This document shows positions 19,913 to 29,434 of a DNA stretch of 64,000 nucleotides, in pieces. Source of the DNA: Blastocatellia bacterium UBA7656 (GTDB lineage Bacteria; Acidobacteriota; Blastocatellia; UBA7656); NCBI GenBank assembly GCA_002483445.1, contig DLHY01000007.1, positions 86,114-150,113 on the forward strand, read 5' to 3'. A program made the translations under genes and the position numbers. Within the stretch, counting starts at the first letter, position 1. Every line of letters begins with the position of its first letter. The notes beneath the pieces were generated by a model that saw nothing but the letters and a program-made list of their open reading frames with translations, was not told the origin of the DNA and ran no database searches.

Positions 19913-22189
19913 ATGGCGGGGGTCGCCGGTATGTATTGCTCAGGCTGCGGAAACAAAGTTGCTGGATCAGTTCGCTTCTGTCCCCGCTGCGGAGCCTCCC
20001 AGACGCCTTACGAAAAGGCGATGCTCGTCTGGCAGCAAAAGCTCATCGGCGCTTCCATCGGCGGCAGATATCGGATAGATGAAAAAATAGGCGCGGGCGG
20101 AATGGGTACGGTCTATCGCGCTCGACGATTACTCATCGGCGATGATGTCGCAGTAAAAATTCTTCACTTTGAAATAATGAGCGATCCGCAGGCAGTCGAA
20201 CGCTTCCGCCGTGAGGCTCAGGCCGCAGCGCGACTCAAGCATCCGAACGCGGTGATGATTTACGATTTCGGCGTGTCCGAAGACGGATTGCTTTATCTGG
20301 TCATGGAACTGGTCGAGGGCCAGAGCCTTCGTCAGATCATACGCGAGCGCGGGCCGCTCTCTCCTCAGACGGCGACGGAAATAGTCAGCCAGGTCTGCGC
20401 CGTGCTTGAAGAATCACACCGGCAAAATATCATTCATCGCGACCTCAAACCCGACAACATCATGGTAAGCACGACGGCGGAAGGCTTCCGCGTCAAGGTG
20501 CTGGATTTCGGCATAGCGAAGCTCAGAGACACGTCGCTTACGTCAGCCAACATCACCAAGACCGGCGCAATGATGGGGACGCCGCATTATATGTCGCCTG
20601 AACAGTGCATGGGCGAAGAGTTGGACGGGCGCTCGGATGTTTACAGCCTCGGCATAGTCCTTTATGAAATGCTGACGGGAGTGGTGCCGTTCAATTCGCC
20701 CGTCTCGTCTGCGGTCGTCGTTCAGCATGTCACTCAGCAGCCTCCGCCGCTGCGGGCGATAAACGTCAGCGTCTCGCCCAAGGTTGAGGCGGTCGTTATG
20801 AGCGCGCTTGAGAAGCAGCGCGAAGCGCGGCCTCAGACGGCGACGGCATTGACCGAACAACTGGCCGCCGCCATCAGCAGCGGGTTTATCACTCAACCGA
20901 ACACGATGCGCTCGGGAACGATGAATGCGCTTCCGCACAGATCGCCATCGGGCGCGGCTCAGGCGTCTTTGCCGGTGACGCGAATATCGACTCCCGCTAA
21001 TGAAGCGATGACGACTGTAGCCGATGCGCAGACTCAGACTGAAACGCCTTCGCGCGCTGCATCGAAGAAACGCGCGCTTTTGATTTTAAGCATTGTGGCG
21101 GCCCTTGCAGTGATCGGAGCGGCGATAGTTCTGATGCTGCGAGCGCGGGCTGGCGAAGTGCGAGGGCAGATCAACGATAATCAGTCGCAGAGCGTCGTGG
21201 AGCAGAGTGAACCGCCTGGGCCGAGTGATCGGGTTGTGTCTACGGTTCCGCCGCCCGGTATGGGTTACGTTGCGGGCGGAGAGTTTTTGATGGGCAATGA
21301 TACGGGCAGCGAAGGGGAGCGCCCGCAGCATAGCGTCGTGGTCAAACCGTTCTTCGTTGATTTGTATGAAGTGACCGGCAGCGATTACGAAAAGTTCATG
21401 GAAGCGACGGGCCACCCGGCTCCGCAGGGATGGACGAGCGGGCATCATCCGCGCGGCGCGGGGAGAAAACCCGTGACCGGAATCAGTTGGGATGACGCCG
21501 CGGCTTATGCGAAGTGGGCGGGCAAGCGATTGCCTACGGAAGAAGAGTGGGAGTTTGCGGCGCGCGGGACGACAGGCTTTCGCTATACGTGGGGCAACGA
21601 TTGGCGTCCTCGTCTGGCTAATGCAGACACTTCGGCGCACGGACACGGAGGAGCGGCTCACGTCGGCGAACACATGGGAGTTTCGCCCTTCGGCGCGTTC
21701 GATATGATAGGCAATGCGTGGGAATGGACGGCCAGCGATTTCGCGGCCTATCCCGGCGGGCAGGCGCAAGCGGAAGCGGGATTGAAGGTGATTCGCGGCG
21801 GTTCGTGGGCGAGCAACAGAAACGAAGCAACGACGACTTTCCGCAAAGGTCTTCCGGCAACAGGAGCCGCCGATTACAGTCAGGTCGGTTTTCGCTGCGT
21901 CAGCGATGCCGTGGTTTCGCAAACCCCGGATACCTCAAAAGCTCCTACGGGGATGAACGTCGTGGGAGTGAGCAGCGAGGCAGCACAGGAGCAAAAGAAA
22001 AAGGTAGCGCCGAAAGCTGTGAAGAAGTCCCCGCCTCCGCGACCGAAAAAGACAGATTCGGATCGCAAAAAACGGCGCAGCGACCGAGAGTTGCGGGAGG
22101 ACGATTCAGACGATTCAGATGATCGAGAGCGATGGTCGTCATCACATTCACGCCGACGACGGGACTTTCAAGATCGAGATCGAAATTAA
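19913..22189 (+). CDS. Zn-ribbon + Ser/Thr protein kinase + TM + FGE-sulfatase (SUMF1) domain protein
   Basis: CSGC/CPRC, GAGGMGTVY, HRDLKPDN, DFGIAK, GTPHYMSPEQ, TM helix, KRLPTEEEWEFAARG, RGGSW..GFRC. Confidence 0.92.
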   Translation: MAGVAGMYCSGCGNKVAGSVRFCPRCGASQTPYEKAMLVWQQKLIGASIGGRYRIDEKIGAGGMGTVYRARRLLIGDDVAVKILHFEIMSDPQAVERFRREAQAAARLKHPNAVMIYDFGVSEDGLLYLVMELVEGQSLRQIIRERGPLSPQTATEIVSQVCAVLEESHRQNIIHRDLKPDNIMVSTTAEGFRVKVLDFGIAKLRDTSLTSANITKTGAMMGTPHYMSPEQCMGEELDGRSDVYSLGIVLYEMLTGVVPFNSPVSSAVVVQHVTQQPPPLRAINVSVSPKVEAVVMSALEKQREARPQTATALTEQLAAAISSGFITQPNTMRSGTMNALPHRSPSGAAQASLPVTRISTPANEAMTTVADAQTQTETPSRAASKKRALLILSIVAALAVIGAAIVLMLRARAGEVRGQINDNQSQSVVEQSEPPGPSDRVVSTVPPPGMGYVAGGEFLMGNDTGSEGERPQHSVVVKPFFVDLYEVTGSDYEKFMEATGHPAPQGWTSGHHPRGAGRKPVTGISWDDAAAYAKWAGKRLPTEEEWEFAARGTTGFRYTWGNDWRPRLANADTSAHGHGGAAHVGEHMGVSPFGAFDMIGNAWEWTASDFAAYPGGQAQAEAGLKVIRGGSWASNRNEATTTFRKGLPATGAADYSQVGFRCVSDAVVSQTPDTSKAPTGMNVVGVSSEAAQEQKKKVAPKAVKKSPPPRPKKTDSDRKKRRSDRELREDDSDDSDDRERWSSSHSRRRRDFQDRDRN

Positions 22190-22223
22190 AGTTCGTAGTG
22201 CGCCACGCGGCGATTCTCTCAGA

Positions 22224-23507
22224 TCATTTTCCGGCGTGCCGCTCAAGATAATCGAGCAAGACGCTCGCCATCACTTTTACCCCGACCACGAGGCTTTCTT
22301 CATCGACATCGAATTCGGCAGTATGCCACGCGGCGGTGATGCCTTTGGCTTTGTTCCCCACTCCGAGGAAGTAAAAAAATCCCGGCACCACTTTCTGATA
22401 ATAAGAAAAATCCTCGGCAGGCATGAAAGGTTTGGGTGTTATGAGATTCGCGTCTCCGATGACGCGGCGGATCGAGGGCAGCGTCTCCGCTACGAGCGCA
22501 GGCTCGTTGTAGGTGACCGGATTCGGGCCATCGAATTTCAAATCGAATTCGGCTCCGTAAGCAGAAGTCACACCCGCAAGAGTTTCTCGAATCAATTCCT
22601 GCGCCCGCTTGCGGACATCTTCACTGAGCGCGCGCATAGTGCCTTCCATGCGCACCTCATCAGCGATTATGTTATTGCGATCTCCGCCGCGGATCGTGCC
22701 TATGGTGATGACCAGAGGTTCGAGCGGATCGATGCGACGGCTGCGAATGGTTTGAAGAGCGAGGACGCACTCCGACGCGACGACCACCGCATCCGTTCCG
22801 AGGTGAGGTTGCGCGCCATGAGATTTTTTCCCGCGAATGGTTATCAGTATGCGATCCGACGAAGCCATGGCGGGGCCTGAGTGATAAGCGATCTGACCGG
22901 CTTCGATGCTCGGCATGGTATGAAGTCCGAAGATGGCCTGCGGGCGAGGGTTTTCGAGTACGCCTTCTTTGACCATCAGCCTTGCGCCTCCTTCTTCGCC
23001 CGACGGCGCTCCTTCTTCAGCGGGTTGAAAGATGAATTTGACGGTGCCTGCAATCTGATCTTTCATGCGCGAAAGGACTTCGGCGACTCCGAGTTGGACA
23101 GTCATGTGAACATCGTGACCGCAGGCGTGTTTGACTCCGGGGTTTTGCGAACGGTAAGGAACATCGATAGTTTCCTGAATCGGCAGCGCGTCCATATCCG
23201 CGCGCACGGCGACGACGGGGCCGGGCTTCGCCCCGCGAAGCAGCGCGATGACGCCGTGGCGGGCGACATTGGTTTTGACTTCCAATCCGAGCGCGCGCAA
23301 TCGTTCAGCGACGACACGAGCGGTTCGTTCTTCGCGGTTGGAGAGTTCCGGGTGCATGTGAAAATCGCGGCGCTGCGTGATGAGTTGCTGGCGGAGTGAT
23401 TCCGCCGTCTGCGCGATTTGCTGATCGCGACCTGTATTTTTTTGCGAGAAGGCAGAGAGCGAGAGCATGAAAATCAAAGCGATGGCGATGATCGAATTTC
23501 GTTTCAT
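22224..23507 (-). CDS. Exported M20D amidohydrolase
   Basis: Signal peptide; HMHPELSN.E, RADMDALP, HACGHDVH, FQPAEEG, AEDFSYY. Confidence 0.92.
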   Translation of the reverse strand: MKRNSIIAIALIFMLSLSAFSQKNTGRDQQIAQTAESLRQQLITQRRDFHMHPELSNREERTARVVAERLRALGLEVKTNVARHGVIALLRGAKPGPVVAVRADMDALPIQETIDVPYRSQNPGVKHACGHDVHMTVQLGVAEVLSRMKDQIAGTVKFIFQPAEEGAPSGEEGGARLMVKEGVLENPRPQAIFGLHTMPSIEAGQIAYHSGPAMASSDRILITIRGKKSHGAQPHLGTDAVVVASECVLALQTIRSRRIDPLEPLVITIGTIRGGDRNNIIADEVRMEGTMRALSEDVRKRAQELIRETLAGVTSAYGAEFDLKFDGPNPVTYNEPALVAETLPSIRRVIGDANLITPKPFMPAEDFSYYQKVVPGFFYFLGVGNKAKGITAAWHTAEFDVDEESLVVGVKVMASVLLDYLERHAGK

Positions 23508-23520
23508 CAGGTTTTCCCTC

Positions 23521-23544
23521 GTGGCGCAAGCTGTTAGCTTGCGC
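23521..23544. repeat. REP-like palindrome family A, single copy
   Basis: Identical to 11285-11308. Confidence 0.7.
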
Positions 23545-23712
23545 TTTGTATTTATGATCGTTTCAGGGTGATTAGCGAGCTTATGTTTTCCGGCGAGCGC
23601 GGGTCAAGTGATTCGTGTTGACGCCTTTTGCCGAAGAGTGCTGTAATCGAGTTCCTTCGATAGACATCGATTCACGCGACACATTATCGCGGCGCAACGA
23701 GGAGCAAGTATA

Positions 23713-24819
23713 ATGGAAAGCGCAGACACACAGACACAAGGGATATCGAGTATGACAGCGCCTTTGATTTTAGATTCGCTTGAGATTCAGGGCTTCCGAG
23801 GATTTCGCCATCTGAGCATCGAACGGCTGGGCCGCGTCAACCTGATTGTTGGAAAGAACAGTGTCGGGAAGACTGCGCTTTTGGAAGCGTTATGGCTCTA
23901 TGCAAATCAAGGCTCCCTTTCAATAGTTTGGGAAATTCTGGAAGCCCGCGACGAGAGAAGTCACTCATATTCATCTCGATATCTATCTGGGCCAGAAATT
24001 AAAGAATCATTCATAGGATCAGTATCGGCCATCAAACATTTGTTTTATGGACAAAGAGGTGTGAAAAAACAAATCGTCCAAATTCCTCCTATCCGCATAG
24101 GGCCTCTTAATGCTTATGAGCAAATCCTCGAAATGACTTTGATTCACACTGATCCTAACAAGACGGCACGCCTAGTCAGCGAGTTAGGAATGAGATCAAC
24201 AATTTATCTACTGGATGCCGAACCTTCTCCTACTCGCGAATCTGTTACGACAACTTGCATATTCATTCCTGCAAACGGGTTGAATCTTGCGAAGATCGTA
24301 AGCCTTTGGGACAGCATCGGCTTGACAAACTTGGAGCAGGAAGTGGTCAAATCAATGCAAGTCATTGATAGACGGGTTGAGCGTGTGAATCTTTTGAGCG
24401 ACCCCAACCTCAGTCATGACCAAAGCCGCATACCGAAGGCCAGAATATCTGGAGTTGATGAGCCTGTAGCTTTGCGCAGCCTTGGAGACGGGATGAATCG
24501 TCTCTTCGGAATCGCACTCGCACTGGTAAACGCGAAAGACGGAATGCTGCTCATCGATGAAGTCGAAAACGGGCTTCACTATTCCGTGCAGCCTGATGTG
24601 TGGAGATTGATTTTCGAGACGGCGCGCAATCTCAATGTGCAGGTCTTCGCCACCACTCACAGTTGGGATTGCATCGAGGCATTTCAAAAGGCGGCTGAGG
24701 AAAGCCCGGAAGATGGATTGCTCATCAGGCTGGCTGAGAGGAAAGGCGAAATAATCTCTGATGTATTCAGTGAAGAAGAGCTTGGCATTGCTACCAAAGG
24801 ACAAATCGAGTTGCGTTGA
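23713..24819 (+). CDS. ABC-type ATPase (AAA_15/AAA_21 family)
   Basis: IQGFRGF, GKNSVGKT, SLGDG, LLIDEVENGLH, ATTHS. True start may be 23752. Confidence 0.88.
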   Translation: MESADTQTQGISSMTAPLILDSLEIQGFRGFRHLSIERLGRVNLIVGKNSVGKTALLEALWLYANQGSLSIVWEILEARDERSHSYSSRYLSGPEIKESFIGSVSAIKHLFYGQRGVKKQIVQIPPIRIGPLNAYEQILEMTLIHTDPNKTARLVSELGMRSTIYLLDAEPSPTRESVTTTCIFIPANGLNLAKIVSLWDSIGLTNLEQEVVKSMQVIDRRVERVNLLSDPNLSHDQSRIPKARISGVDEPVALRSLGDGMNRLFGIALALVNAKDGMLLIDEVENGLHYSVQPDVWRLIFETARNLNVQVFATTHSWDCIEAFQKAAEESPEDGLLIRLAERKGEIISDVFSEEELGIATKGQIELR

Positions 24820-24821
24820 TT

Positions 24822-25457
24822 ATGGCTGACGGAAATTTACTACTTTTCGAGGGCAAGGACGAATGGTTTGTTTTCCGCAGCTTGATGACTCATCACGGCA
24901 TCGACGTAAAAGTAGCCGAATCAAAAAGCTTTGATGGAATAGCAGACCTGTTAGAAAAATTGCCTGTTCAATTGCGCAGCGATGAGGTAAAGCGACTCGG
25001 CATCGTGGTCGATGCCGACACTGATATTTCATCTCGCTGGCAAGCTATCCGAAATATTCTGATAGCGGGCGACTACACGAACGCGCCCAAATCTCCATCG
25101 CCTGAAGGCACAATTGTTGAGTTGGAAAATTTGTCTCTGGTGCGGGTTCCAAAGGTCGGCGTATGGATTATGCCGGATAACAAACTGCCGGGTATGCTGG
25201 AAAATTTTGTCAGCTTTCTCGGAGCGGCAACCGATCCTTTGTGGGATATCGCTGATGAGTGCCTGAAGCATATCCCGGAAGAACATCGTCGATTCAAAGA
25301 GAGCCAGCGAATCAAGGCCCATCTTCATACCTGGCTGGCGTGGCAGAAAAAGCCGGGTACGCCGCTTGGGCAATCCATTACTGCAAAATTCCTTGACGCC
25401 GACGCTCCGCACGCTCAACAACTCATCGGCTGGATTCGCAGATTGTTCGATCTATAA
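24822..25457 (+). CDS. DUF3226-like (TOPRIM-like) protein
   Basis: LLFEGKDE, LGIVVDAD, GVWIMPDN..PGMLE, HTWLAWQ..PG; translationally coupled to the ATPase. Confidence 0.75.
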   Translation: MADGNLLLFEGKDEWFVFRSLMTHHGIDVKVAESKSFDGIADLLEKLPVQLRSDEVKRLGIVVDADTDISSRWQAIRNILIAGDYTNAPKSPSPEGTIVELENLSLVRVPKVGVWIMPDNKLPGMLENFVSFLGAATDPLWDIADECLKHIPEEHRRFKESQRIKAHLHTWLAWQKKPGTPLGQSITAKFLDADAPHAQQLIGWIRRLFDL

Positions 25458-25584
25458 CGCAACACGCAGAGATCGCGCAAAGTTTTTCTCTGCACAACCT
25501 CTGCGTGACAGGTTTTCGACTTCTCGCTTCCCGTGAAAAAATTGAGAAGCGACTTTTGCCTTTTTACTTTTTACTTTTGCCTTT

Positions 25585-26448
25585 CTAAGCTGCGCCGTGT
25601 TTCTTGAACCAATCCTGCAATTTTCGCCATCCGTCCTCGGATTGCTGCCGTCGATAGCTCTGACGGTAATCGGCATGAAATCCGTGAGGCGTGTCCGGGT
25701 AGAGAATGATCTCGCTCGGTTTGCCCGCTGACTTGAGCGCCGCCTGCATCTGCTCGACTGTCGGGTTCGGTATGCCTCCGTCGGCCCCGCCGTAAAGACC
25801 AAGCACGGGCGCTTTCAAATCCTTCACCAGATCAATCGGATGCTTTGGATGAAGCTCGTCCGCCTGACCCACCAAACGACCGTACCACGCGACCCCGGCT
25901 TTGAGCTTTGGATTGTGCGCGGCATACAGCCACACGATTCGACCGCCCCAGCAAAAACCCGTGATGCCGAGTTTGTTCGCATTGGCTTTGCCAGTTTTCG
26001 CGGCCCACTCGACCGTCGCGTCGAGGTCTGCCATCACCTGCGCGTCGGGGACTTTCGATACTACATTGGTGATGATCTCGTTGACGTTGGTCATCCGTGA
26101 CACGTCGCCCTGTCGGGCATAAAGTTCAGGGGCGATGGCCAGATGTCCGAGCTTGGCGAACCTCCGACAGATGTCCTTTATATGCTCATGGACGCCGAAT
26201 ATCTCCTGAATGACTAACGCGACTGGAAAGGATTTTCCCTTGTCGGGCATCGCGCGATAAGCGGGAATCTCGCCGCCCTTGACCGGAATTTTCACTTCAC
26301 CGGCTACAAGACCTGCGGTGTCGGTCGTTATCGTTTGCGCCGAGACTGGCTCGACGGCTGCGGCAAAGCCTGTGGCGAGAGTCGTGACGACGAACTCTCT
26401 GCGGGTGAATTCGGTTTTCTCTGTAAGACGGGTCAAGTCCTGATGCAT
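25585..26448 (-). CDS. Dienelactone hydrolase family protein with Tat-like signal
   Basis: [30 protein letters not shown]. Confidence 0.92.
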   Translation of the reverse strand: MHQDLTRLTEKTEFTRREFVVTTLATGFAAAVEPVSAQTITTDTAGLVAGEVKIPVKGGEIPAYRAMPDKGKSFPVALVIQEIFGVHEHIKDICRRFAKLGHLAIAPELYARQGDVSRMTNVNEIITNVVSKVPDAQVMADLDATVEWAAKTGKANANKLGITGFCWGGRIVWLYAAHNPKLKAGVAWYGRLVGQADELHPKHPIDLVKDLKAPVLGLYGGADGGIPNPTVEQMQAALKSAGKPSEIILYPDTPHGFHADYRQSYRRQQSEDGWRKLQDWFKKHGAA

Positions 26449-26570
26449 CGTGTTCCTCCTCAAAGAAGTCTGGAGTCTGAAGTCGGGAGTCGGGAGTCTG
26501 ATCGCTCGCGGCTCCGCCCACCTGTTCAAATGCTGATGAGTTCCACTGGAAATAGTTTACAGCCCTCGAT

Positions 26571-27554
26571 TCAGCCGCCCGCGCGCCTGCGCCTGCGCTC
26601 GCGGTAGAAGACCGGAAAGGTGTGAATGGTCTGAAAGCCGCAACTCTCGTAGAGATGAACCGCGCCCTTGTTGCCTGCTGTCACGGCAAGCGAGACGGCA
26701 TCTATCCCGCAGCGCGAAAATTTCACGAGCGCCGACTCGATCATCCATCGCCCTATTCCTAATCCCTGAAAAGCCCTGCGCAATGAAATCTGGCTTATGT
26801 GACCCGCGCCCTCTGCTATGCGAGAGGCTATCAGTACGCCGACCATCTGGCCGGTGTCCGCGCTGACGGCCACGCGGGTGACTTCGGGCAGAAAGTCTCC
26901 GCACCATATATGCCCGGTCAGAATCGATAGCGTTTCACTGCAGCCTTCCTCGCGCGCATACTGGCTGTTTACGCGGGCGTCGAGGCTGCCGCGATAAGAA
27001 CTGTGAATGACGCGAGCGGCTTCGTCGAAATCATCTTCTTCCCACGATCTTATTTCGATGTGAGAAAACGAGGGGTCGACTTCAGCGGCGCGCTTGAGAT
27101 GAGTCATCATAAAGCGCCGGTCGCATTGATGAAATCCGAGAGACTGGAACATCTCGCCTGCGCTGTCGTTGCCTATCTGGACGCACTGGCTCTCTATGCG
27201 GCGTATGCGCGTCAGGCGGTCGATCTCTTCGATCATCGCCTCGACTATCCGGCCATCGATTCCGCTCCCGCGCCAATGCTTTGAGACATAAATATCCCCT
27301 ATTGATACGCGGCCCCCTTCCACGACATAAAAACCCAGCCCCGCGTACTGACCTTCGACCGAAGCGGCAAAACCGAGAAGCTCCGATTCGGCCAGAACAT
27401 CGCGGATCATGCGGCTCGGCGCGGAGTAATCCCACCTAAGCAGGGAGAGCCACTCGCGGCATTGCTCTTCGAAGAGAGGCGCAAGCTCCGCCTCATCCGC
27501 CTCCGAGAGCGGGATGATGCGAGGTTCCGAATTTGTCAGCGCAGCGGTAGCCAT
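26571..27554 (-). CDS. Tandem GNAT acetyltransferase
   Basis: Two acetyl-CoA binding motifs (WRGSGID; FQGLGIGR..AVHLYESCGF). Confidence 0.85.
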   Translation of the reverse strand: MATAALTNSEPRIIPLSEADEAELAPLFEEQCREWLSLLRWDYSAPSRMIRDVLAESELLGFAASVEGQYAGLGFYVVEGGRVSIGDIYVSKHWRGSGIDGRIVEAMIEEIDRLTRIRRIESQCVQIGNDSAGEMFQSLGFHQCDRRFMMTHLKRAAEVDPSFSHIEIRSWEEDDFDEAARVIHSSYRGSLDARVNSQYAREEGCSETLSILTGHIWCGDFLPEVTRVAVSADTGQMVGVLIASRIAEGAGHISQISLRRAFQGLGIGRWMIESALVKFSRCGIDAVSLAVTAGNKGAVHLYESCGFQTIHTFPVFYRERRRRRAGG

Positions 27555-27950
27555 AAAACCAATGTGAACGATGATCTTTCGACGGATTATAGAGACAATG
27601 CGCGCGGCGAGCAATGAAGTCAGGTCGCAGGCGACAGGAACTTTCGCAACTTTTTTGCAACCGAAACTTTCAGAAAAATGTGAAGCCGTCAACCGCAGGG
27701 CTGTTGCAATAGTGGAGTGATTCATGGTACATAGCAGCGCGTTGAAGCTTCGCTCAGACGAAGCAACCTGAAAATTTATGGCTCCTGTTCTTTGGTCTTT
27801 TCGCTCGGCAAATTCTCCGCTGTAGACAGACAACAGGATCAGAAATTATGTTTTCATACATGGTCAGCTTAGGAATCGCTTCGAGTTAGCGTCTCTCAGT
27901 CGCCCTGGCTATTAACAGTGGAGATTCTTTCTTGAAAAAGGAGAAAACAC

Positions 27951-29294
27951 ATGGGGGAAAAGAAAAAGTGGACGGTGATGGTCTATCTGAGCGGGGACAA
28001 CAATCTGAGCGAAGAATGCGTGTGGGCGCTCAAGGAGATGTACAGAATCGGAGCGAACGACCGCGTGGCGGTCATCGCTCAGTATGATTCCAAAGCGCGC
28101 AATGTTCCGATCTCTCGTTATATCATCGGGCAGAATCCATCCGACGGCGCTCTTGACGAATATGCCAGGGCGCTCAGGATGAGTTCGCGAAAGTCGAAAG
28201 GCTCGCCTCTCTGGCAGGAAGCTTCGGCGTCGGCCAGGATGCTGAGGGATTTTATAATCTGGGGGGCTGATCGTTTCCCAGCGGATAATTACATGGTCGT
28301 CCTTTCCGGTCACGGCAGCGGGGCCGAAGGCGATTATCTGATAAGAGATGATAATCCGCCTTCCTACCTGAGCATCCCGCGTCTTCGCTGGGCGCTTGAG
28401 GAAGCGAAAAAGAAATTGAAACGGATCGACCTACTCGGTCTCGATGCCTGCCTTATGAGCACAGCCGAAGTCGGTTATGAGGTGAAGAAGACGGTCAGGT
28501 TTCTCGTCGGCGCGGAGGGCTTCGAGCCTGACGCCGGCTGGCCTTATCACAGAATTCTGGAAACGCTCAACGCAAGTCCTGATATAAAGCCGCGCGATCT
28601 GGCCTGCGCGATAGTCGAAAAATATACAGGCTATTATTCGGACTATGCGAGCGCGGGCGTATCGGTCGATTTGTCGGCCTGCGATTCGGAAAAAAGCGAC
28701 GCGATGGCGGAGGCCGTAAATCGATTGGCCAAAGTTCTCCGTTCGAGCATAGAGGCGCGCTCGGTTGAAGACGCTGTTTTGCTGGCGCACTGGCGGGCGC
28801 AGTCTTATAAGTTTGAAGACTATGTTGACCTGTTCGATTTTTGCGATCTTCTGGAAGAAGGCTGCGATAACGAGCAGGTCAAAGAGGCGTGCAGTGCAGT
28901 GAAGATTGCGGTTGAAAGTCTCGTGGTGAAGTCGTGCTACAGCGGGGCGGCGTTTCAATACTCGCGAGGAGTTTCGATCTACTTCCCGTGGGCCGAAGTG
29001 ACAGGCAAGTACAAAAATCTTCTTTTCTCGAAGAAGACGAAATGGGACGAATTTCTTCACAAGTATGTCGAGCAGACGCGCCGGGGGCCGCGCGGGCAGG
29101 AAGCGATACGGGGCAAGCTTCAGGTTCAGGGAGCCTCGTCCGCTTCCGAGGTGCGATCTGTTTCCGGTTCCGGGCGATTTACTCCGCCCTGGAGCAGATT
29201 TACCCCTCCCTGGAGCAGAATGGAATCTGCTGTATCAGTGAAGGTGAAGAATCCGCCTATCACCTTCAACAAGGATGAATGTAAGCCTGAGTGA
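27951..29294 (+). CDS. Clostripain-like cysteine peptidase (C11) with C-terminal tandem peptide repeat
   Basis: WTVMVYLSGDNNL, catalytic His in SGHGSG, catalytic Cys in LDACLMS, GWPY, GVSIYFP; no signal peptide; tail GRFTPPWSRFTPPWSRM. Confidence 0.88.
   Translation: MGEKKKWTVMVYLSGDNNLSEECVWALKEMYRIGANDRVAVIAQYDSKARNVPISRYIIGQNPSDGALDEYARALRMSSRKSKGSPLWQEASASARMLRDFIIWGADRFPADNYMVVLSGHGSGAEGDYLIRDDNPPSYLSIPRLRWALEEAKKKLKRIDLLGLDACLMSTAEVGYEVKKTVRFLVGAEGFEPDAGWPYHRILETLNASPDIKPRDLACAIVEKYTGYYSDYASAGVSVDLSACDSEKSDAMAEAVNRLAKVLRSSIEARSVEDAVLLAHWRAQSYKFEDYVDLFDFCDLLEEGCDNEQVKEACSAVKIAVESLVVKSCYSGAAFQYSRGVSIYFPWAEVTGKYKNLLFSKKTKWDEFLHKYVEQTRRGPRGQEAIRGKLQVQGASSASEVRSVSGSGRFTPPWSRFTPPWSRMESAVSVKVKNPPITFNKDECKPE
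29175..29219 (+). repeat. 21-bp in-frame tandem repeat encoding (RFTPPWS)2-R
   Basis: cga ttt act ccg ccc tgg agc / aga ttt acc cct ccc tgg agc / aga: three differences, all synonymous. Confidence 0.9.
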
Positions 29295-29357
29295 AGGCCA
29301 GCCGGGCTGTTCGCTGGTTTGCTTCTGAGAGTACATTGCGAAATTCGATCCTCGTTT

Positions 29358-29421
29358 AGCTCCACAGGAGCAATATGTTTATAGCTGAAAATGATCTGTT
29401 CAACTCCGTAGGGGCGAAATC
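29358..29421. repeat. Half copy of the GTAG REP-like element seen at 17602-17746
   Basis: AGCTCCACAGGAGCAATATGTTTATAG...AACTCCGTAGGGGCGAAAT. Confidence 0.6.
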
Positions 29422-29434
29422 GCTTTCCATCTTC

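Noticed and set aside
29375..29434. Extended N-termini given by the ORF track (also 1834-4215, 18689-19891, 25585-26529, 26571-27833, 44035-46182, 61062-61613)
   Set aside because: Extensions run through repeats, intergenic DNA or neighbouring genes; downstream starts fit SD sequences and domain boundaries better.
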